A stretch of DNA of 64,000 nucleotides, from NCBI GenBank assembly GCA_963727895.1, contig CAVSHT010000008.1, forward strand, positions 64,001-128,000. Direction: 5' to 3'. Under the pieces are notes generated by a model. That model made no database searches. It was not told the origin of the DNA and saw only the letters and a program-made list of their open reading frames with translations. Shown here one piece after another: positions 1-11,199 of this stretch (position 1 is its first letter; the number at the start of each line of letters is the position of its first letter). Made by a program: the position numbers and the translations under genes. This stretch comes from an uncultured Methanosarcinaceae archaeon. Lineage in GTDB: Archaea > Halobacteriota > Methanosarcinia > Methanosarcinales > Methanosarcinaceae.

Positions 1-486
1 TTCAATTTTTCCCAGAGTAATTTTCCAGTTTCCGTTCCTCTGCTGCCAAAAGAGCAGTTGATGAACTTTTTCCCAACTCTATCAACAGCAATCCAGATCC
101 AGCAATATTTTTTTTGTTACCGATGTAAGTGTGCATCTCATCCATTTCAACAATAGATATCTCATTTTCACTTTTTAGGTTCTCTAACTCCTGACCAAAT
201 TTCTTGATCCATTTTTGGACAGAGACGTGACTTACCCCTAAAACTCTTCCTATTGAGCGAAAGCCCAATCCTTCAAGATAGAGTTGTAAAGCCTGTCTTT
301 TAACAGAGGCGGAAAAAGCAGTTGATTTTAGCTCTACTGTATAGTTATATCCACAATCATGGCATTTGTAACGTTGACGCCCGCCAACTATACCATTATT
401 TTTGTGACTGGAACTATTACATTTTGGGCAGTTCATGAAGAAATATATGTTATAAGCATATATATCTATTTTTGTGTACCAATGCC
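1..486 (-). mobile_element. IS1-family element copy 1, runs off the window edge. InsA-like ORF 2..436 with an A8 frameshift site.
   Basis: Zn-ribbon CPKC...YKCHDC plus HTH. End repeat GGCATTGGTAC ends at 486. Near-identical to six other copies. Confidence 0.9.
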
Positions 487-882
487 TGATCTTTTATTTG
501 AATCTGCTTTTTAAGCTGTTTGATCCTTAGATAGTTAAAATAGGAACAATAATCTATAGTTATATGGACTTTCTAATTAACAAGTAGAATAAAATAAGGA
601 AGCAAAGCAAAAGAAATAAATGCAACAGTATTCCAACAATTATTTCAGAAGTTACATTATGGTCTTTTAAATACGGAATATTTTGCTTCAAACCGGAGAG
701 GAAATTCCCAAGAAAACCTGTCATAATTATACAATCATTTTCTCCGATATATAGAATTAGGTGCTCCAATTATATTCAGCTGGTATTATTTATTAGAATC
801 ACATTGATGTGTTAAGGGTAAACGAGGATCAAAGCCAAAGTTTACTGATGGTTCTTGTCTTAATCAAGATTGTATATTTTAT

Positions 883-1491
883 GGTTCCGTTGCAAAAAAT
901 ATCTGCTAAGGATATAATTAAAATAAAAATGAAATCAAAGATAGTGATATGCTATCTAATTCCTTTAAATGGAAGCACTTTGTTGGTGAAATTATTTTAT
1001 TGAATGTTAGATGGTACTTAAAATACCCACTTAGTTATAGAAATTTAAAGGAAATGATGGCAGAAAGAGGGATAATAGTCAACCATACAACCATTATGAG
1101 ATGGGTACATCAATATTCACCTGAAATCGAAAAGAAGGTCAGAAGGCATTTAAGACCAACAAACGATTCTTGGAGAGTTGATAAAACTTATATCAGAGTT
1201 AAAGGTGAATGGAAATATTTTTACCGAGCAGTTGACTCAAATGGAGATACAATTGATTTCATGTTAAGTGCAAAACGAGACCAAAAAGCAGCGAACAGAT
1301 TCTTCAAAAAAGCTTTGAATTCTAATCATAATCAAATTCCAAGAGTAATCACAGTTGATAAAAATCCAGCTTATCCACCTGCTATAAATAAACTGAAAAA
1401 TGATAAAATACTACCTATAAACGTAGGCATTCGACAAATCAAGTATTTGAATAACATTATAGAACAAGATCATAGATCCATTAAACGAATA
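883..1491 (+). mobile_element. IS6-family element, 3'-truncated by an IS1 copy. Transposase ORF from 949.
   Basis: IS6-type left IR GGTTCCGTTGCAAA at 883. IS6 motifs WYLKYPLSYRNL, WRVD(K)TYI, YRAVD, YLNNIIEQDHR. The reading frame runs into the IS1 end at 1492. Confidence 0.9.
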
Positions 1492-2231
1492 GGTATTGCT
1501 AACTAAACATAGTTAACTCTTTATTTCTGTATTTATCAATAGAATAACCGAGTACTTTAGCATTTCAAGACTTTTTTTATAACACTTTGTCTTTCTTCTC
1601 AATCTTGCTAGAAAGTGCCTCAATATGCTGTTATATCCCTCAACTGTAAATGTTTCTGCTTTTGACTGAGTATGGATCTTTTCTGGAAGAAACTCTGCAT
1701 ATGCTCTCCAGTGATCTGTCATCACTTCTCCAATCTCTTTTTTCTTCACTTTTTCCCAGAGTAGTTTTCCAGTTTCCGTTCCTCTGCTACCAAAAGAGCA
1801 GTTGATGAACTTTTTCCCAACTCTATCAACAGCAATCCAGATCCAGCAATATTTTTTTTTGTTACCGATGTAAGTGTGCATCTCATCCATTTCAACAATA
1901 GATATCTCACTTTCACTTTTTAGGTCCTCTAACTCCTGACCAAATTTCTTTATCCATCTTTGGACAGAAACATGACTCACCCCTAAAACTCTTCCTATTG
2001 AGCGAAAGCCCAATCCTTCAAGGTAAAGTTGTAAAGCCTGTTTTTTGACAGAGGTGGAAAAAGCAGTTGATTTTAGCTTTACTGTATAGTTATAGCCACA
2101 ATCAGAGCATTTGTACCGTTGACGCCCGCCAACTATACCATTCTTTTTGTGACTGGAACTATTACATTTTGGGCAGTTCATGAAGAAATATATGTTATAA
2201 GCATATATATCTATTTTTGTGTACCAATGCC
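1492..2231 (-). mobile_element. IS1-family element copy 2 (740 bp) with InsA-InsB fused in one frame (ATG 2181 to stop 1513)
   Basis: Ends GGTATTG and CCAATGCC. The slippery run is A9 instead of A8, giving NKKKYCWIWIAVD in frame. No flanking direct repeat. Confidence 0.9.
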
Positions 2232-2775
2232 ATATTTTTAATGGCTGAGTTCTTATAACATTATACTTCTTGCCTAATTGTGCCAGAATAATTTTACAAA
2301 TCAATATTTTTATGTATTATTGGAACACTTAATTTATGATAGATAAATTACTTGAATGGCATTCAAACTAATTATTGCATTTTAATGTATGTACAGATAT
2401 TATAACATATTTGGCTAATAACTCTGGTTAACAAGCGCCTAATGTTCTAATTTAAATGCGTTTTAAACATAGCCTAAGCAAATTTACCTGATATACTGGT
2501 TGATATCATTAATTAATATATGATTATAGTGATTATTTATTTAGCTACGATATCTATCAAAAATTCCCTCTCTGGAAGTCTCTGGTGATGAAATAAATAT
2601 ATTTTTTCATGAATTGCTTAAAAAGTGAAATGAAGTATACTTTCGCGATTTAGAAACATTTCTTTGAAATTTCCGATAACTAAAAATCTCTATATTTCCG
2701 GCTTCATATAATACCTGTTTACAGTGTATATTAAGCATTGGCTGGCATAATTTATCTCAAAGCTACATATTCTGG

Positions 2776-4011
2776 TTGTTAAAAATGGTTGTTGATACTG
2801 ATATTTGCGGTATAAGAATAGGAGATCGATACCCTTCACATGTAATGGGAATTCTTAATTTTAGTCCTGAATCTTTTTATGGAAATTCGGTCATAAATCC
2901 GGATTCCGTTCTTGAAGTAGCTCTAAAAATGATTGAGGATGGAGCAACTTTTCTAGATCTTGGAGCACGCTCAACCTGGTTACATTCTGAGCCTATTAGC
3001 AGGAAAGAAGAACTTCAACGTATTCTGCCGGTGCTTGAAGTACTTGATGGCAATGTAGATGCTGTGATCTCAGTAGACACGATGTTTTCTAAAATTGCAG
3101 AAGAAGCCCTTAAAAGGGGAGCTCAAATCATAAATGACGTTTCCGGTTTTACAGCAGATCCAGGAATGATTGAAGTAGTAGCCGATTATGGCTGTCCCGC
3201 TGTAGTCATGGCTTCAAATAAAGTTCCGGGAGATCCTATTGGGATGGACTCTGTTATTGATTCTCTTGATTCTATTATACAGGCTGCTGAAGCTGGCGGC
3301 ATAAATCCGGAAAAACTCATACTCGATCCTGCATTAGGTAGATGGACCGAAGAAAAGACTTCTATGTATGATTTTGAAACCCTTGATGATTTTGAACGCC
3401 TTAAAATCTTTGAAAAACCTTTGTTGGCAGCCCTTTCAAGAAAATCCTTCATAGGAGAGGTACTTGAAAAACCTGCAACAGAAAGGCTTTATGGTAGTCT
3501 GGCTGGAGCAGCTATTGCAGTCTACAAAGGTGCTCATATTATCCGTACGCATGATGTGCCGGAGACCTCTGATGTTGTAAAGCTTTCAGGAGCTATCAGG
3601 AGTCGGCCAAGTATAGTAAAAGAAGGCAGATATGAGGTTTCGATGGTAGAGGTGAAAACCCCACAGGACGCAGCCATTATAATGCGAAAACTTGGAGCAA
3701 CCAGAACAGGCTCACAAGTAATGCAGGAAAAAAGTGTCCATCTTATGCTGAAAATATGTAACCTAACTACCACTGAAGCTTTGATAATAAAACAAGAGAT
3801 TCTTGCTCGTGGAGGGGATGCAGCTTTGGCAAGGGATGCAGTTTCCCATGAAACAGAAAGTACTGATGTACTTGTAATGGGTACTCTACTGCAGCTTGGG
3901 CGACTTGTTAAGAAACTTGAAGGGCAAGCACGCTCTCTTCCACTAATTGCCGGAATGATCCATGAATGTATTGCTAACCGGAGCGGTCTTGAATATCGAT
4001 ATTTGAGGTAA
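2776..4011 (+). CDS. folP: Dihydropteroate synthase with a C-terminal extension (ATG at 2785 is the likely start)
   Basis: Motifs MGILNFSPESF, DLGARST, ISVDT, INDVSG, ILDP, SRKSFIG, IIRTHDV. Confidence 0.85.
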   Translation: MLKMVVDTDICGIRIGDRYPSHVMGILNFSPESFYGNSVINPDSVLEVALKMIEDGATFLDLGARSTWLHSEPISRKEELQRILPVLEVLDGNVDAVISVDTMFSKIAEEALKRGAQIINDVSGFTADPGMIEVVADYGCPAVVMASNKVPGDPIGMDSVIDSLDSIIQAAEAGGINPEKLILDPALGRWTEEKTSMYDFETLDDFERLKIFEKPLLAALSRKSFIGEVLEKPATERLYGSLAGAAIAVYKGAHIIRTHDVPETSDVVKLSGAIRSRPSIVKEGRYEVSMVEVKTPQDAAIIMRKLGATRTGSQVMQEKSVHLMLKICNLTTTEALIIKQEILARGGDAALARDAVSHETESTDVLVMGTLLQLGRLVKKLEGQARSLPLIAGMIHECIANRSGLEYRYLR

Positions 4012-4013
4012 TT

Positions 4014-4628
4014 ATGATTATAACTTCAGCAAAACCCCTTGAAGAAATCCTGTCCCTATTAAAAGATGAAGATGATATATTCATTGTTGGATGCAACGTA
4101 TGCGCTGCAAAACTGAAGACTGGCGGAGAACCCGAAGTGCTTGAGATGTTCAGGCAGCTTGAGAATAATGGAAAACATGTAGTAGGCTGGGCTCTTCCTA
4201 CTGCAGCTTGCAGTGTTCGATCCTTTGACTCCCTTGTAGAGAAAAATGAAAAGATAAAGGAGGCGCGTTGTATATTGGTTATGGGTTGTGGCAGTGGAGT
4301 TTCAATAGTTTCCAATGTAACGGATGTTCCGGTGTTTGGTTCGAATAATACACTTTCTTTGGGAGGTTCAAGCGAGGGAAAACTGCTTTTAGACCAGTGT
4401 GCAATGTGTGGAACTTGTACTATTGGTGAGTTCGGAGGGATATGCCCCAAGGCTCAGTGCCCTAAAGGACTCCTAAATGGACCTTGTGGAGGATCTATTG
4501 ACGGGATGTGTGAGGTCAACAAAGAAAATGAATGTGTATGGGTTCGGATATATGAAAGATTAAAAAAAATTAAGAAGCTTGATCTTCTTTATACAATTCA
4601 TGCTCCTCAGGAACACGACATCAAATGA
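4014..4628 (+). CDS. MTHFR C-terminal-domain / MetV-like Cys-rich protein
   Basis: CxxCGxC, GGICP..CPKGLLNGPCGG...CEV....CVW motifs. Directly upstream of metF. Confidence 0.8.
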   Translation: MIITSAKPLEEILSLLKDEDDIFIVGCNVCAAKLKTGGEPEVLEMFRQLENNGKHVVGWALPTAACSVRSFDSLVEKNEKIKEARCILVMGCGSGVSIVSNVTDVPVFGSNNTLSLGGSSEGKLLLDQCAMCGTCTIGEFGGICPKAQCPKGLLNGPCGGSIDGMCEVNKENECVWVRIYERLKKIKKLDLLYTIHAPQEHDIK

Positions 4629-4693
4629 CTTTACTCCTATTTTTATTTACTTTTTTAACTTATTGAACAAGAGATTTTTGGCTTTTATATAAT

Positions 4694-4821
4694 GAGCCTA
4701 TCCTAAAACTCAAAATTTGCTTATTAGGCATTCAATCATATATTCAACCAAGCTTTTGATTGTGAAAACAATTCCGAAAATTCCCAACAATTAAGAATAA
4801 AGTAGCTTTTGGGATAGGCTC
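4694..4821. mobile_element. MITE (128 bp), TIR GAGCCTATCC(T/C)AAAA, 3-bp TSD AAT
   Basis: Terminal inverted repeats, AAT on both sides, near-identical second copy at 39122-39251. Confidence 0.85.
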
Positions 4822-4965
4822 AATTATAAAAATTACTTAATTTTCGAGAGAGTCTTAGTTTTTTATATTGAGTTTATAGATATCTTTTTTAGCTGTAGTC
4901 CTCTTTATATATCTATCCTTCGGGAGCATGGCTTTAAATAATTTCATTCATAATATCCTTATTTA

Positions 4966-5844
4966 ATGCTTTTTAATTTTCGTGAAAAACTGAATTCCAA
5001 CAAATTTCTGGTTACTGCTGAAGTCTCCCCTCCGAAGGGCACAAGATTTTCAGTTCCTCTGGAAGATGCCCGCCAGCTCAAAGGCATTGCAGATGCTATA
5101 AACGTTACGGATAATCATTGCTCAATTATGCATATGAGTTCCCTGGCTTTTAGTAAGCTTCTGCTTGATGAAGGACATGAGCCTATTATGCAGCTTACAT
5201 GTCGGGATAGGAACAGGCTCGGACTTCAGTCAGATCTTCTGGGAGCTTATGCTTTAGGTATCCGAAATATCTGCTTGATGACAGGAGATTTTCCTTCTTG
5301 TGGGGATCATCCTGGTTCAAAGCCCGTATACGACCTTGACTCCGTACAGTTCCTGCAGCTTGTCCGAAAACTTGATTCAGGTATTAATTTTGCAGGAAGT
5401 AATCTGGATGGGAGTACTTCTTTCTGTACAGGCGCTGTTTCTGGTATCGATCCTAAAAAACCCCTGCAACTTATAAAACTTGAAAAGAAGGTCAGGTGTG
5501 GAGCTGATTTTATCCAGACGCAGGCGGTCTATGATGTGGGTATGTTTGAGGAGTTCATGGAAGCCATAAGCCATCTTGAAGTGCCTGTTATTGCAGGCTT
5601 GATTCCTCTTAAGTCTTTTAGTATGGCCGAATTTATGAATAAGAATATTTCGGGAATTAGTGTGCCTGAAGAAATTATGTTGCGCATAAAGCAGGCCTCT
5701 GATCCGATGGACGAAGGTCTTTCCATAGCTTCAGAGACTATAAAAGAGTTTATGAAACTCTCAAGAGGGGTTCATATTATGCCTGTAGGTTCTCACAAAA
5801 ATACCCCCAAACTACTTTCTATGGCTGGAATTTCCGAGAGTTAA
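4966..5844 (+). CDS. metF: Methylenetetrahydrofolate reductase
   Basis: Motifs AEVSPPKG, INVTDN, QLTCRDRNRLGLQSDLLGA, TGD, GADFIQTQ. Confidence 0.9.
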   Translation: MLFNFREKLNSNKFLVTAEVSPPKGTRFSVPLEDARQLKGIADAINVTDNHCSIMHMSSLAFSKLLLDEGHEPIMQLTCRDRNRLGLQSDLLGAYALGIRNICLMTGDFPSCGDHPGSKPVYDLDSVQFLQLVRKLDSGINFAGSNLDGSTSFCTGAVSGIDPKKPLQLIKLEKKVRCGADFIQTQAVYDVGMFEEFMEAISHLEVPVIAGLIPLKSFSMAEFMNKNISGISVPEEIMLRIKQASDPMDEGLSIASETIKEFMKLSRGVHIMPVGSHKNTPKLLSMAGISES

Positions 5845-6068
5845 TTTCGGTAGAGATTATAAAATACTCTCCATACCGAAAGATTTTTTCTCTTTATAAG
5901 GTTTTGAGCTCTTTTTTTCTTCCTGATCTTAATGAAGTTTGCAGATCTTCTAGCATCCTTTTTGAGTCTTTGGATACATTTATCAATATCTTATGGTATT
6001 TACAATTTGATTTTACATATATTTTTATTCAGCAAAATCTAATCATTGGCTTCTAAAGGCAGCAGAAT

Positions 6069-6863
6069 ATGAATTCCGAAAACACTTCCATCCAGATGTT
6101 TGGAGTCAAGACCCCTATAATCAGAGAAGGGGACGATATCATAAAGGTTCTAGAAATGGCTCTGGAGGAAGCAAATCTTGTCCCGATTGATGGGGATATT
6201 TTAGTACTTGCAGAATCTGCGGTTGGAACTGCGGAAAGAAGGATTGTCAAGCTTGAAAGCGTTTCTCCTGGTAAAAGAGCAAAGGTGCTTGGGGAACAAT
6301 ACGGGATTGATCCCAGGGAAATGGAACTTGTACTTAGGGAATGTGATGAAATTTTTGGAGGTGTGCCCGGAGCTGCTCTTACAATTACAAAAGGCGTTTT
6401 GGCTCCAAATGCTGGAATTGACGCTTCCAATGCTCCTGAAGGTTATGTAATCCTGCTTCCAGAAGACCCACGAAAAAGCTCGGAAAATATCCGGAAAGAA
6501 CTTGAACAGCATTATTCATGCAAGCTGGGGGTAATTATAGGGGATAGCAGGACTCAGCCCCTCAGGCTCGGGTGTTCGGGAATTGCGCTTGGAGTTTCAG
6601 GTTTTCTTCCTGTAGAGGATGCAAGAGGAACTAATGATATCTATGGGAAACCTCTTCGTATTACATATAAAGCTGTAGCAGATAACCTTGTATCTGCTGC
6701 CGAACTCCTTATGGGAGAGGCCGGAGAAAAAGTGCCCTGTGTACTAATTAGAGGAGCTCCTGTAAGTATGGTAAGCGAGTCTCCAGATATGCCGACAATT
6801 CCAATGGAAGAATGCATGTATTTCGGCAACGTAATTAGATGCCGGATCGGAAAAAATGAATGA
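6069..6863 (+). CDS. cofE: CofE-family gamma-glutamyl ligase (F420-0:L-glutamate ligase-like; possibly a folate glutamyl ligase)
   Basis: Motifs PIIREGDD, PNAGIDASN, LLPEDP, VIIGDS, RLG, D.RG..D.YG, ADNL..AA.LLMGE. Confidence 0.75.
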   Translation: MNSENTSIQMFGVKTPIIREGDDIIKVLEMALEEANLVPIDGDILVLAESAVGTAERRIVKLESVSPGKRAKVLGEQYGIDPREMELVLRECDEIFGGVPGAALTITKGVLAPNAGIDASNAPEGYVILLPEDPRKSSENIRKELEQHYSCKLGVIIGDSRTQPLRLGCSGIALGVSGFLPVEDARGTNDIYGKPLRITYKAVADNLVSAAELLMGEAGEKVPCVLIRGAPVSMVSESPDMPTIPMEECMYFGNVIRCRIGKNE

Positions 6864-6977
6864 TTTATGAATTTTATTGAAATTTACTATTATTTTCCTT
6901 TGTGAATACGTTTACAGTAAAACCATTAACTTGAGATAAGCATTATATATTCTCGAAGATAATATATACAACTAATT

Positions 6978-7065
6978 GAGTCCCGACCTGTATTTGGTAA
7001 ATCCATCTTTGAAGTCGCCTATCATCAGGATTGGGTTTCCGGATGCTCTGTCGTACGGCCTTTTT
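6978..7065 (+). ncRNA. Candidate small structured RNA
   Basis: GC-richer island between a TATA-like TTATATAT (~6943) and a T5 tract. Long imperfect hairpin 6978-7039 plus a second hairpin 7039-7058. Confidence 0.3.
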
Positions 7066-7157
7066 AGGCAATAAATGTACAATTTCTATATGCTTTCCGG
7101 AGTGGATTAAATAAAAAATAGAAACTCTTAAACGTTCCAAAATATAAAGGTGATCTT

Positions 7158-7424
7158 ATGAAACCAATTTTATTGGACTTTTCCGCAACATGGTGTGGAC
7201 CGTGCAGGATGCAAAAACCAATTCTCGAAGAGCTTGAGAAAAAATATGGGGATAAGGTGGATTTCAAGGTTGTCGATGTGGATGAAAACCAGGAAATGGC
7301 CTCCAAGTATGGCATACACGCAGTTCCAACGCTGATTATTCAGAAAGATGGGGCTGAAGTAAAACGTTTTATGGGTGTAACTCAAGGCAGTGTACTGGCA
7401 TCGGAACTCGATAAAATAATTTGA
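7158..7424 (+). CDS. trxA: Thioredoxin
   Basis: WCGPC active site, cis-Pro VPT motif, SD AGGTGA. Confidence 0.92.
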   Translation: MKPILLDFSATWCGPCRMQKPILEELEKKYGDKVDFKVVDVDENQEMASKYGIHAVPTLIIQKDGAEVKRFMGVTQGSVLASELDKII

Positions 7425-8011
7425 CCCTCTTTTTTCTGACAAAAAACGCCCGGGGTTCCTGAAACCTGGGGCTAATAATCTTTTTCCTATGGATTTTTTA
7501 AGCTTTATACCTAAAAATGGAAACCTTTTATATATCTGTATTTATTCATACTGTATGAAATTTATTTCTTACTTCTAATAGGCAAAAATTATAATTTCTT
7601 ACAAAAAAATTTGATAATTTTTTTAGATTCACTTTTTTTCATTGGTAACTCTTTGAATAAATTGTTTTTCTCACTCAAATTCATTTATTCATATGAATAA
7701 AGGCTTAATTATAAGGTATTCAGTTGAGAATAGTTGAAACCTCTCTAGAAATCATAATAATTATATCAGTTTCCTAAAAAAATTGTATTAGTCTAATTGG
7801 CAAAATGAATCAAAACAAAAGACGATTTGTAATAATCGTATCATATTCTTTTTACTTGTCTTCTTTTTTGATTAAAAAAATATTTTGTGAATATAAAATC
7901 CATAATACTATCTAAATAATGTTAGTTGAATGGGATAAATATTTATAGTCAGTATATCTTAATAGTATCGATGTAAAAACGTGTAAAAATTTAAAGTGAG
8001 ATGAGAAAAAC

Positions 8012-8419
8012 ATGAAAATTCGAGTAGTTAGTTCCAGAGAAGAAATCTTTACACTAAATCCGAATGAGCGCGTTGTTCACCTGGCCTTCAGGCCATCGAA
8101 CAAGGACGTGCTTGGACTAGTTGAAACATGTCCGAAGCTTGAGGTAATTCAGTTACCCAAATCCTATATGGCCACAGTTTCAAAATCCATAGAGATGTTC
8201 CTTCAGATGCAGAGAGTCCAGCTAATTGAAGGAGATGTTTGGGGTCATAGAAAAGACATCAACGAATACTACACCATTCCGTCCTCAGTTACTGAAAAGA
8301 TAAAGGAGATGAGAGCTGAAGGTAAATCCACTGAGGATATTGAAGCAAAAATCTCAAGGGAAAATATGCTTAACCCTGAAATGGTTGCTTATATCATAAC
8401 CAAGGAATCCCCTGCCTAA
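8012..8419 (+). CDS. DUF1699-family protein
   Basis: MKIRVVSSREEI...HLAFRPSNKD...EGDVWGHRKDINEYY, typical of this Methanosarcinales family. Confidence 0.8.
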   Translation: MKIRVVSSREEIFTLNPNERVVHLAFRPSNKDVLGLVETCPKLEVIQLPKSYMATVSKSIEMFLQMQRVQLIEGDVWGHRKDINEYYTIPSSVTEKIKEMRAEGKSTEDIEAKISRENMLNPEMVAYIITKESPA

Positions 8420-8738
8420 AATCAATCCAGGCAAGTGATTACAAGATTTTACTGGAGACTAGACTGTAAAAAGATGTTGAATCTTTCACGATCTAATCTC
8501 TAGCTTAAATCTTATATTTAGAGAAAGTTTATGGCTCAAAAAATGAGAAACTTTTAATTATATTTAAGATCCTCTTTTGTAAGGATTTCTTATTTTTATT
8601 AAGTTATTTTTCTACATTTCAGAGAGAGTGTTCTATTTTAGGATGAATTGAGGTATTTTTATACAAATTTACTTGTAGCAAATCTATAACTTTTCCCTAA
8701 CCTTATATACCTTAAGTATTATCTCCTCCAAGATTTGC

Positions 8739-9758
8739 GTGGTTTCTAAAAAACTGATTGATCTTGGTGTGCTGGCGCTCAGGCAGCGTAATTCCCGCGG
8801 AACTTTTAAACCGCACATTTCACTCCGGTTCAGAAATATTGAAGGGGATTTGCGTACCTTTTCCATTGATACTACCAGGACAGTTGGAAAACATCTCCAA
8901 CCAGATGCTTATCTTATTACCCATGCTCACTCTGACCATTATGGGAAATCGGCTATGCTCTCCCCCACTGCAGTTTGTTCTGAAAAAACTGCAGTGGCGC
9001 TTGAAATCAGGCATGATAGAAAATATGCGGGCAATATGTTCAAGCTTGGGGATGAAATCGAGATATGTGGAACAAAGATAAAGACTTTTCCTACGGAACA
9101 TACCGCAGGCGCGACTGCTTTTTACTGGGAAAACGATATAGGGACAAAGATTCTGGTTACAGGCGACGTTAAAGATGCAAGCAATCTTCCTCCCTGTGAT
9201 GTCCTTATTACTGAAGCAAACTATGGAGATCCGGATGATCCATCCTGTCATTTTGCAGATGACCTTGAAGGCATGGAATCTGCTCTTTTTGAAAACGGTG
9301 CGGTAGCTTTTGGAGCTTATGAATTTGGAAAGGCACAGCGTGCAGTTGAACTCATCAGAGGCTTTGGATACGACGGTGCTATCCGTATGGAAGCAAGAAC
9401 CCGAGAGCTTACACGTAGTATGCTTGAGAACGCTGGAGAACTGGCAGAACTTGATTCCAAAGAAAGTGATGGGGTTTTCATAGTTGCTCCCTGGGATCTT
9501 AATAAACTTCCCTGGAACATGAAAAAATACGTATTAAGCTGCCGTATGGATTACTCCTATCCAACGATTCGGATAAGTGATCACCTTGATGCTTGTGGAC
9601 TTGAAAATATGGTCAAGAAGCTTTCTCCTGAAGTCACGCTTGTCTATCATCCAAAAGGAAATAGGCCTGTAAAATTTTCAAAATATCTAAATTCAATAGG
9701 AATTGATTCGATATCCATAGATCAGATCGGTAATGTTTTAAGCAATGAATTTATTTAA
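8739..9758 (+). CDS. Metallo-beta-lactamase-fold hydrolase / nuclease
   Basis: THAHSDH, H..GA, TGD, LITEANYG, GKAQ and SDH motifs (beta-CASP-like). Confidence 0.8.
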   Translation: MVSKKLIDLGVLALRQRNSRGTFKPHISLRFRNIEGDLRTFSIDTTRTVGKHLQPDAYLITHAHSDHYGKSAMLSPTAVCSEKTAVALEIRHDRKYAGNMFKLGDEIEICGTKIKTFPTEHTAGATAFYWENDIGTKILVTGDVKDASNLPPCDVLITEANYGDPDDPSCHFADDLEGMESALFENGAVAFGAYEFGKAQRAVELIRGFGYDGAIRMEARTRELTRSMLENAGELAELDSKESDGVFIVAPWDLNKLPWNMKKYVLSCRMDYSYPTIRISDHLDACGLENMVKKLSPEVTLVYHPKGNRPVKFSKYLNSIGIDSISIDQIGNVLSNEFI

Positions 9759-10102
9759 AGGTGTAAAATTCAGTCTTATTATTTAATTTCTCAATTGATT
9801 CTATTAATTTTGAAATCAATTTCGATAAATCAATCCTATAAACATTATTTCAGTAACTAGTTCAATAATTAATTTCATTTATAGGCAAATGATCTTAATA
9901 GAGTAATAAGTATTTTAGAGCAATAAATATCAATAGCTTATTTCAATAATTAATTATAATTTTTTAAATATAATGATTTTAGTTTCATAGCTCAAATCTG
10001 CAAATTCAAACCTTATGTTTCAGGTCTAATTTAAATGATATTAGATCGTGAATCTAATTACATACCCGGGAATGTCAACTGCCATTCAGGAGAGTATACA
10101 GG

Positions 10103-10519
10103 TTGAGTAAACCAAATCCGAAGTTAAAGTCCAGAAAAGAAGAACCTGCAAAAACTACAGAGGCTGCTGTAGAAGGTTCCGTAGCGAAAGTTGAGACTCC
10201 AGAGAAGAAGAATCTGTTTAAAGAGAGGACACCTGAAGAAAAAAGGAAGGGTCATAGGGATGGAATTGTCAAAACAATAGTGGCTGGGGCCCTTGGTATC
10301 ATCGCAGGATTCTCATGTTTCAGCCTTTATGGGACAGGAGAAGATAGGATCTGGTATGTCATGCTTATGATCGTTATAGGGTTCACATATCTAATACAGA
10401 AGCTTATCTATCCTCAACTTAAAATTGATACAAAGGAGTTCAAACTCAAAGACTGGTTTTTTGTGGAGTTTATAGTCGTTGACTTCTTCCTTATTATCTG
10501 GACTCTCCTTCTGAATTAA
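10103..10519 (+). CDS. Small membrane protein with 3 TM helices (EMC6-like archaeal family)
   Basis: SD AGGAG, charged N-terminus, three hydrophobic segments, KDW motif. Confidence 0.65.
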   Translation: MSKPNPKLKSRKEEPAKTTEAAVEGSVAKVETPEKKNLFKERTPEEKRKGHRDGIVKTIVAGALGIIAGFSCFSLYGTGEDRIWYVMLMIVIGFTYLIQKLIYPQLKIDTKEFKLKDWFFVEFIVVDFFLIIWTLLLN

Positions 10520-10970
10520 GATATTGTTAAAAGCATCTTTCCTGAAATGCAAAAGCTTTCCTATAATTGAAGGTCTTTTATACAGGCCTTTTTGTTATAT
10601 TTCTTGACTCTATAAATTAGGTTCTGTAGAAATATCCTTAATTTTATGCAAATTATTTTTATAACCTTTTTGTTTATGTTATATAATATTATTTATTAGG
10701 AATCTTATCTAGGCCAAGTTTTTCTTTTACTTGGTCATAAGGGTCAATAAGCTATACAAAATTATGATAGTCTGCGCTTATACACTTATATTATAAAACA
10801 AGAACAAAAAATCGATATTGAGTACAAATACACTTGGAATATTTACAGGAATAAAGCTTCAGTCTAGAAAACTGAATGGTTTTAAAATTATTATTACAAA
10901 ATTTTTTAAAAAACTTTCGATAATGTATAAAATTGTAAAGTTTTTAAATAAATGTTGCGTATACGATAGT

Positions 10971-11096
10971 ATGGAATATCAGAACAATGATCTTTTTGAT
11001 AGTGATGGTCCAGCTTTGATTATTTTCATTAATGCTATTTCAGTGGCAGTAAGTCTCTTAGGGATACTTATCTGTATTAAGGTAACTAACCTCTAA
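10971..11096 (+). CDS. Possible 41-aa single-TM small protein
   Basis: ATG-started ORF with an acidic N-terminus and one hydrophobic helix. Confidence 0.3.
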   Translation: MEYQNNDLFDSDGPALIIFINAISVAVSLLGILICIKVTNL

Positions 11097-11199
11097 AAAA
11101 CTGGTAAAAACGACTACTTATTTTCATCAAATGATTGCACAATACCACAAATAAAAAAATAAAAAAACAGAGTTTATTATTTGCCTTTTTACTACTTCT

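Noticed and set aside
2182..2304. N-terminal extension of the IS1 copy 2 ORF
   Set aside because: Extends beyond the IS end. All copies start at MNCP.
7015..7045. Hammerhead-like words (GAAAC, CUGAUGA) on the minus strand
   Set aside because: Only ~5-6 nt separate them, leaving no room for stems I and III
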